Origin: Patescibacteria group bacterium
GTDB taxonomy: Bacteria > Patescibacteriota > Minisyncoccia > Phycocordibacterales > UBA1006
Assembly: GCA_028286885.1 (NCBI GenBank)
Contig: JAQBQS010000005.1
Span: forward strand, 1 to 54,823
Length of the DNA stretch: 54,823 nt
Reading direction: 5' to 3'
In this document: piece after piece, positions 46,621 through 52,751 of the stretch
Layout: every line of letters begins with the position of its first letter
How positions within the stretch are numbered: the stretch's first letter is position 1
Notes under the pieces: generated by a model
What the model was told of the DNA's origin: nothing
Database searches by the model: none
The model's input: only the letters and a program-made list of their open reading frames with translations
Position numbers and translations under genes: made by a program

Positions 46621-47253
46621 TTATAATAATCTCAATCCCATTTTGACGAGAATCAAGATTCCCAATATGCCGAGCAATGCGCCCGTAACGTAATTGATCG
46701 CCTGAACGATCGCATGTCTGTTTTTCTTGCGCAGATAATGGATCACATTTCCAACAGCCAACCAGAACAAGAGTGTTCCAATCGGTATCGCGATGATAAA
46801 TACAAGCGTACCCACGAAATTAATTGGTGCGCCATGAAAAATTTTGCCGAGGATTGTGAAGACGAGAGCGAACCCAAACAGCATTACGGGATTCAAAACA
46901 TTGATGATAAATGTCGAGGTAATATCCTGGATCGGATGTTTTTCCGTCTCGTCATCGTCAAGTGAAATCTTTTGCCGCATGGCACGGATGCCGATCCATA
47001 CCAATACAAATCCTGCTCCAAGTTCCGTATAGGTCGAAATGGAAATGAGGAAGGCCTGGATGCGATGCAGGCTGAATCCGACGACAACTGCATAAAATAC
47101 ATCTGAGAGCGCTGCGCCAAGACTTGAAATAAGTCCCGATATCCGGCCAAAAAGGTAGAACCTCCGAATGATGATAAATCCGACCGGACCGTAAGGAAGG
47201 CCGAGTGCGATACCTGCCACAAGTCCTAAAAGAAATAAAATAAGAATATGCAT
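46621..47253 (-). CDS. LysE-family translocator
   Basis: LGLPYGPVGFIIIRR..G..SGL..LGAALSD, INVLNP. Confidence 0.85.
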   Translation of the reverse strand: MHILILFLLGLVAGIALGLPYGPVGFIIIRRFYLFGRISGLISSLGAALSDVFYAVVVGFSLHRIQAFLISISTYTELGAGFVLVWIGIRAMRQKISLDDDETEKHPIQDITSTFIINVLNPVMLFGFALVFTILGKIFHGAPINFVGTLVFIIAIPIGTLLFWLAVGNVIHYLRKKNRHAIVQAINYVTGALLGILGILILVKMGLRLL

Positions 47254-47311
47254 AAGTATGGTCTATTATATCGTATTTTGATACAAGTGTGCTATATTCT
47301 TCGGACAAAAC

Positions 47312-47398
47312 GGAGGCGTCGCATAGCGGTCTAGTGCACCACCTTGGAAAGGTGGCAAGGTGTCAAAACCTTCGAGAGTTCAAATCTCTCCGCCTCCG
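47312..47398 (+). tRNA. tRNA-Ser(GGA); CCA not encoded
   Basis: Acceptor GGAGGCG/CGCCTCC, anticodon stem CCACC-TTGGAAA-GGTGG, long variable arm, GAGAG-TTCAAAT-CTCTC, discriminator G; followed by CCC. Confidence 0.95.
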
Positions 47399-47439
47399 CC
47401 CTAGGTACTTAGTATCGGATGACCCTTAAGGATTAGACT

Positions 47440-48009
47440 TTACTCAATACCAATAAGCTGCCTAAACTCATCTTCAATTTCGACCCTAACTTTTGATGAT
47501 TCATTTTTTGCATGAGCCCATGCCTCATGCCACTTATCAATATCGTGACCATTCCCCGTATATCCCCCCTGCGAAGAAGCCCACTTATTCCATACGAGTT
47601 TAAAATCAGTATTTAGACTATCAATTTTTGATTCAAGTGATTTACTAAAAAATATTTTATTTTCGTCAAAATAGACCAATAGATCATTAGCATTTTTTAC
47701 GAAAACGGCTCTTTTTGCACTAATAGGGTCCTCTCCATTTAACTGTAGCGGAGAAGTCACTGACAGTAGCGAATCGTGCGTTGTAGCTATCTTTTTATAA
47801 ATGTTCTTTATTACATCAGCTCTTTCTGCATGAAGCTTTTCATATGTTATACGAAATTTTTCATTCTCTTTTTCAAGCGATGCCCTATATTGCTCAAGTT
47901 TATTAGAGAAAAAATGATCAGCTATCTTTTTTATTAACCAGACAAAGGCTGGCATTATGACTACCAAAGAACCAATATAAGTTATAAAATTTTGCCAAAA
48001 ATTATCCAT
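47440..48009 (-). CDS. Hypothetical protein, N-terminal TM plus coiled coil (cassette 1 cargo)
   Basis: 189-aa ORF, visibly more AT-rich than the core genes. Confidence 0.7.
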   Translation of the reverse strand: MDNFWQNFITYIGSLVVIMPAFVWLIKKIADHFFSNKLEQYRASLEKENEKFRITYEKLHAERADVIKNIYKKIATTHDSLLSVTSPLQLNGEDPISAKRAVFVKNANDLLVYFDENKIFFSKSLESKIDSLNTDFKLVWNKWASSQGGYTGNGHDIDKWHEAWAHAKNESSKVRVEIEDEFRQLIGIE

Positions 48010-48031
48010 ATGTTTATTGAATCTTAGGGCT

Positions 48032-48637
48032 TTATTTTCTTAGAAAAGATATCACTAGTAGAATGAGTATTAATACTGCCGAAATTCTATTTATCCAAAG
48101 CATCCCATTTTCATCCAGCTTATGCTTAAGCAATCCGACACCGAAGCTGAGAATAAGCCACCAGAATGCTGAACCGACGAATACACCGACAATAATGAGC
48201 GCAGGTGCAAGGTGCCCCGCGGTTGTCGCGATCCCAAGCGCGGCGAATGCCGCGATAAACGAGAATATCGTCATCGGGTTGGTAATTGTGAGGAACACTG
48301 TCGAGAGGTAGGAACCAGCGAGGGTCTTAGTCTGTTTTGAAGAAGCAGATTTTTGCGAAGGCTTAGACAACCAAATCTTTAGCGCAAGATAAAGAAGGAA
48401 AATGCCACCGACGATATGGATAGGCCAACGATATCCAATGAGAAATGATGAGATAGCACTCAATCCAAAAGCTCCAATAAATCCATATATTGAGTCAGCT
48501 GTGGCTGCGCCAAGACCTGAAACAAATCCATGAAGTCGCCCTTCGGAAAGGGTTCGCTGAATACACAAAACGCCGATCGGTCCGACCGGTGCCGCGATAG
48601 AGAATCCCAAGATGATGCCTTTAAGCAGGAAAAACAT
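48032..48637 (-). CDS. LysE-family translocator (cassette 1 cargo)
   Basis: GFSIAAPVGPIGVLCIQRTL..G.GAATAD, TITNPMTI. Confidence 0.92.
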   Translation of the reverse strand: MFFLLKGIILGFSIAAPVGPIGVLCIQRTLSEGRLHGFVSGLGAATADSIYGFIGAFGLSAISSFLIGYRWPIHIVGGIFLLYLALKIWLSKPSQKSASSKQTKTLAGSYLSTVFLTITNPMTIFSFIAAFAALGIATTAGHLAPALIIVGVFVGSAFWWLILSFGVGLLKHKLDENGMLWINRISAVLILILLVISFLRK

Positions 48638-48824
48638 ATAAGTAACCTTATCGTACCATAATCAAGATTTCAGACTAAGACCCGAGTGCCTCAGCTTCCA
48701 TACTAATAATTTCCCGAATAGCCCTTACATGACCTCAATCCCCTGGTACTTAACTCTAGTGGCCCGCCTTAGATACTTAGTATCGGATGACCCTTAGTGG
48801 TTACAATCTGTTACAATACAAAAT

Positions 48825-49253
48825 ATGAGAATAGGATCAACAATTACACCGGAATTGAAAGTTTTCGATTTCCATGAAAGCTTAAACTTCTATACAAATA
48901 TTGCCGGATTCAAAATTCTTTATTCTCGCCCCGAGGAGGATTTTGCCATGCTCGAGATAAGCGGCGCTCGCCTAATGATCGAGGGACTAAGCGATAAGAG
49001 TAGAACCTGGAAGGTTGCCTCGCTTGAAAAACCTCTCGGCCGTGGGATGCATTTCCAGATTCAAGTCGAGGACGTTGATGCTCTGTACAAAAAATTCAAG
49101 GATAATTCATATGCAATTTTTCATGAAATGGAAGACAAGTGGTATCGCAAGAATGATCAGGAGGTCGGCAACCGGCAGTTCCTTGTTCAGGATCCGGATG
49201 GTTATCTGCTTCGATTTTTTGGAGATTTAGGAACTCGTAAAATAGGATTATGA
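48825..49253 (+). CDS. VOC/glyoxalase-bleomycin resistance family protein (cassette 2 cargo)
   Basis: PELKVFDF.ESLNFY, G.R.FLVQDPDGYLLRF. Confidence 0.9.
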   Translation: MRIGSTITPELKVFDFHESLNFYTNIAGFKILYSRPEEDFAMLEISGARLMIEGLSDKSRTWKVASLEKPLGRGMHFQIQVEDVDALYKKFKDNSYAIFHEMEDKWYRKNDQEVGNRQFLVQDPDGYLLRFFGDLGTRKIGL

Positions 49254-49957
49254 AGAATCAATACTTCGGCGACTTCGGAGACTACCAAAAGTTCTCCCTT
49301 CTTAAATACCTGCGCGATGTCGGACAGCTGAACATTACCGTCCACTGGATGAAGACCAGAGACGATTCGAGCAACGATGGCGCGAAAATCAAATACCTTG
49401 CAAACCCGTCTGAATGGAACTCTTTCGATCCCGAGATTTTCACATTCCTCGACAAGCACATCAAGACAAACAAGCGGGATCTCTCGATTTACGAAAAAAG
49501 CTCTCATGCCAAGGATATCAAGTTCATAAATGATCATGTCGAAGATATTACGATTCGTAACAAGTCCATTCAAGGAATAAAGGCTGACAAGAGTTCAGGT
49601 GTTATATTTTTCGACCCTGACAATGGCATCGAGGTGAAATCCACTAATGCGAAAAATCTCCACAAGTACGTGACTTGGAATGATGTTAAATTTGTGTTCG
49701 ATTCAGGCAAAAGTGTTTTAGTTTATCAGCATTTCTCGAGAATGAATCGTGATAAATTTATCAAAGGAAAGCTTGATGAATTCGCCAAGGTCTTCAAATC
49801 TCCTGTTTTCGTAATCCGAGCCAAACATTCGGTATATTTCCTTTTGACCCAGAAGAAACACTCTCTCAAAGTATCAAAATCCCTTAAGATCTACGAAAGC
49901 AACTGGAAAGGTCTGATTACCGTATCCGATCCGAGTGCCTCAGCGAAAGCCAAATAA
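49250..49957 (+). CDS. Conserved hypothetical protein, possible SAM-methyltransferase fold (cassette 2 cargo)
   Basis: MKNQYFGDFGDYQK N-terminus and VIFFDPDNG; ATGA-coupled to the VOC gene; stop lies inside R2. Confidence 0.6.
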   Translation: MKNQYFGDFGDYQKFSLLKYLRDVGQLNITVHWMKTRDDSSNDGAKIKYLANPSEWNSFDPEIFTFLDKHIKTNKRDLSIYEKSSHAKDIKFINDHVEDITIRNKSIQGIKADKSSGVIFFDPDNGIEVKSTNAKNLHKYVTWNDVKFVFDSGKSVLVYQHFSRMNRDKFIKGKLDEFAKVFKSPVFVIRAKHSVYFLLTQKKHSLKVSKSLKIYESNWKGLITVSDPSASAKAK

Positions 49958-50044
49958 AAGTGCCTTATTATCCTTACAAGGCTTCAACCTCCTGATACTT
50001 AAATCCTCATCCCCGCAAACCGAATTTTGATATACTGGACGCAC

Positions 50045-50779
50045 ATGAATCCTGACTTTATTGTTACCTGTCATTCACTCATCGAAGCCTTCAAATCAGG
50101 CAAACTCGGCCAGACGATCATGCCCGAAGATTCGCAACCGGAATTCAAGAACCAAGAAGAACGTCTTGCATATTTTACGTTGCCAATGGCGCTCAACTAT
50201 CAGCGGAACAGCTATACGCTCTGGGAGTCGGCGCTCAAAACCTATCAAGATCCGGAAACGAAAAAGGTTTTCGATCTCGCTTTTTGCGCATCCGCGTCAA
50301 AAGAAGAATTGCAAAAACTTCTAACAAAACACAAGGTCGCGCTCCAGCCAAACAAGCACATCAACACGTGGCAGGTCATCGCCAAGACCGTCGATGAAAA
50401 CTGGGGATCTTTCTCAAAACTTTTTGAAGCGGCGGATAACGACTTTCTGAAACTTCAGGAGATAGTCCAAAAAACTCACAAGAAAGGCTTTCCCTATTTG
50501 TCCGGTCCGAAGATTTTCCATTACTGGAGCTTTATCATTTCGACGTACGGAAAAGTTCCTCTGAAGAATAAGGAATTCATCGATATCGCCCCTGATACGC
50601 ATATTACGAAATGTTCGGTCTTGCTCGGAGTCATTACCGCAGAAGAAGCCGAAACGCTTTCCAAGGAAACAATTTCTGAAAAATGGAGAAGCCTTCTGAA
50701 GGGCTCTGATATCACTCCGATCGACATGCACCCGCCGCTCTGGTTCTGGAGCAGAAACGGATTTATCTATAAACTATGA
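50045..50779 (+). CDS. HhH-GPD / Ogg-like DNA glycosylase-fold protein (putative)
   Basis: YLSGPKIFHYW (HhH-like), IAPDTHI (cf. VDTHV), PIDMHPPLWFWSR. Confidence 0.55.
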   Translation: MNPDFIVTCHSLIEAFKSGKLGQTIMPEDSQPEFKNQEERLAYFTLPMALNYQRNSYTLWESALKTYQDPETKKVFDLAFCASASKEELQKLLTKHKVALQPNKHINTWQVIAKTVDENWGSFSKLFEAADNDFLKLQEIVQKTHKKGFPYLSGPKIFHYWSFIISTYGKVPLKNKEFIDIAPDTHITKCSVLLGVITAEEAETLSKETISEKWRSLLKGSDITPIDMHPPLWFWSRNGFIYKL

Positions 50780-50893
50780 AAAACTCATGGCGATTCTTTT
50801 CGCATATTTAGCAAAAGAAGAAATGCCGACAAAAAGAAAACCCCAAGCGACGTGTGCGCTTGGGGAGTTTAAGATTCTTAATTTAAAGAGCAG

Positions 50894-51664
50894 TTATTTG
50901 AGGCTGAGAGGAGAGTTCGTTTTATTGAACTTCTTCTTCCAATCATCCGTGAACTTGGTGCACATGTGGTGAATAGTGTTGTATTTTTCCAGCATGTCCA
51001 AAGCCTGTCCGATGATGTACCTTGCGAAATTGTCTTCGTCTTCTCCGTTAAAGTCTTTGCCGGTGTTTGCACCCGTTGCAAATCCTTTTTCGTTGAATGT
51101 TTTTACGATTTCTTTTCCGGGGATTTCAACGCCCACTCTGTCGGCAGCGGGCTGCAGCTCACATAGCCAGTTTAGAACAGCTACGTTGTCATTGAAGTTG
51201 AGTGCCGGCAGTTTTTCAAGCAAGCTCTCGGCTTTTTTCGTCAAACTGTTGCGCTCATCAAAATTTTTCTTTGCGTCAGCTTTGCCCGCAGGTGAATTCT
51301 TGTACTCCTCTGACCGTCTCTTGGTTTCCAGTTCGTAGAAGCTGAGAATAGATTCAACGGTAGAAGACCCATCAACTGTTACTGTCACATCATTGAAGTT
51401 CGCGGTTATCTGATCTACTTGTCTCGCTTCTATCGCGGAGATCATAGAATCAGTAAACCTTGTAATCCATTTTGCGTCAGCCTTGCTGAGATTCCTAACC
51501 ATTGCGTCAAAGACAGCAACGGCATCAGAGCGACTCATGTTCGACTGATTAGCTACCAGCTGATTAATTTTGGTAATTCCCGAAAATAACTTGATCATGC
51601 TAGCAGCGAATGAATTAAGATGTTCGCCTGCGAGAGAAACGTTTGTGAAATTGATTGTGTTCAT
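50894..51664 (-). CDS. Hypothetical helical protein
   Basis: 256-aa ORF from MNTINF with A-rich leader; shared terminator at 50836-50868. Confidence 0.65.
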   Translation of the reverse strand: MNTINFTNVSLAGEHLNSFAASMIKLFSGITKINQLVANQSNMSRSDAVAVFDAMVRNLSKADAKWITRFTDSMISAIEARQVDQITANFNDVTVTVDGSSTVESILSFYELETKRRSEEYKNSPAGKADAKKNFDERNSLTKKAESLLEKLPALNFNDNVAVLNWLCELQPAADRVGVEIPGKEIVKTFNEKGFATGANTGKDFNGEDEDNFARYIIGQALDMLEKYNTIHHMCTKFTDDWKKKFNKTNSPLSLK

Positions 51665-51896
51665 GTGATTGTTGTTTTTAGTTTTGAAAATTACCGCATG
51701 AACCAAATCTTGGTTACTGGGGTAATTTTCAAAACGCTTCCAACAAACCCTTGTTACAAAGTACCTATCCATATATATCTTAGCATATTAAGTTTAAAAT
51801 GTCAAGTACCTGAAATAATCCTCTCATTTAGGGCTTTTTTGCATATACTCTTTAACCTTCTTGTTGCAGTTTTGATAGTTCCGTTATACTGTCAGC

Positions 51897-52670
51897 ATGA
51901 AAGACCTCATAACCGCCCTCTGGAGCAAACCGGAGCTTCTCAAAGAAAACCAAGACGAGCATCGAGGATTGTTTCTTGATTTTTTCAAGAAACTAAGCGA
52001 CGGATCAATCCGAACCGCGGAATATAAAGACGGCATTTGGAATGCCCATCCCTGGGTCATCGACGGCATCATTCTCGCCATTCGAGCATTGGAAGTCATT
52101 CCGAATTTTGCACTGCCGGACAATCAGACAAAAGAGTCACTGGGCGTTCGAAACGTGCGGAAACTTTCCGGCTCGGAAGTGAGGCCGGGCTGCTATATCG
52201 GCGAACATGTCGTTCTCATGCCCTCGTTCGTAAACATGGGAGCCTTCGTCGGCGACCATACGATGATCGATACGTGGGCAACCGTCGGTTCCGGCGCCTA
52301 TGTCGGAAGCCATTGCCATATTTCCGGAGGCGTCGGAATCGGAGGCATGCTCGAACCGCGGCAGGAAAAACCCGTGATCATCGAGGACAATTGCTTCATC
52401 GGCTCCCGCTGCATCCTGACCGAAGGAGCCCATATCGGCACCGGCTCGGTCCTTGCGGCCAACACGATCATTACGAGCGGAACGAAAATATTCGATACCA
52501 GATCGGGCACGGCCATCGAATGTCCCCGCCTCGTGATTCCGCCCCGCGTCATGGTCATTCCTGCAACATACCAGACGAAGACCGGGCTTCATCGGCCGTG
52601 CGTTGAAATCGTGAAAGACGTCGACAAGAAAGTTTTGGAGAAAACCGGAATAAATATCGACCTAAGATAA
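51897..52670 (+). CDS. dapD: Tetrahydrodipicolinate N-succinyltransferase-like (hexapeptide LbH)
   Basis: VLMPSFVNMGAFVG..TMIDTWATVGS..HISGGVGIGGMLEP..PVIIEDNCFIGSR. Confidence 0.85.
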   Translation: MKDLITALWSKPELLKENQDEHRGLFLDFFKKLSDGSIRTAEYKDGIWNAHPWVIDGIILAIRALEVIPNFALPDNQTKESLGVRNVRKLSGSEVRPGCYIGEHVVLMPSFVNMGAFVGDHTMIDTWATVGSGAYVGSHCHISGGVGIGGMLEPRQEKPVIIEDNCFIGSRCILTEGAHIGTGSVLAANTIITSGTKIFDTRSGTAIECPRLVIPPRVMVIPATYQTKTGLHRPCVEIVKDVDKKVLEKTGINIDLR

Positions 52671-52751
52671 AACCCCTGCGATATGCAGGGGTGTTTGGCA
52701 TGTGAATCAAATATTAAATTAAAGGACGTTGATCTGATTCGTAATTTGCGG

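Larger units (their letters stand above)
47396..48796 (+). repeat. Repeat R1 (33 nt) at 47396-47428 and 48764-48796
   Basis: CCGCC(C/T)TAG(G/A)TACTTAGTATCGGATGACCCTTA, 31/33 identical, beginning inside the tRNA 3' end. Confidence 0.92.
47396..50016. mobile_element. Putative tandem of two integrase-less cassettes integrated at the tRNA-Ser 3' end (47396-48767; 48764-50016)
   Basis: Layout tRNA-core-R1...R2-core-R1...R2-core; accessory cargo genes. Confidence 0.65.
48682..50016 (+). repeat. Repeat R2 (86 nt, ungapped) at 48682-48767 and 49931-50016
   Basis: 14/14 CCGAGTGCCTCAGC block, 25/31 block ending TACTTAA, terminal CCCGC; constant offset 1249. Confidence 0.85.

Noticed and set aside
47396-50016. 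Classical integron attC or Xer/dif sites
   Set aside because: No GTTRRRY/RYYYAAC boxes or attC-type palindrome, no match to dif consensus, and no intI in the window
50780-52751. Further R1/R2 cassettes beyond 50016
   Set aside because: No additional copies of either repeat were found by eye
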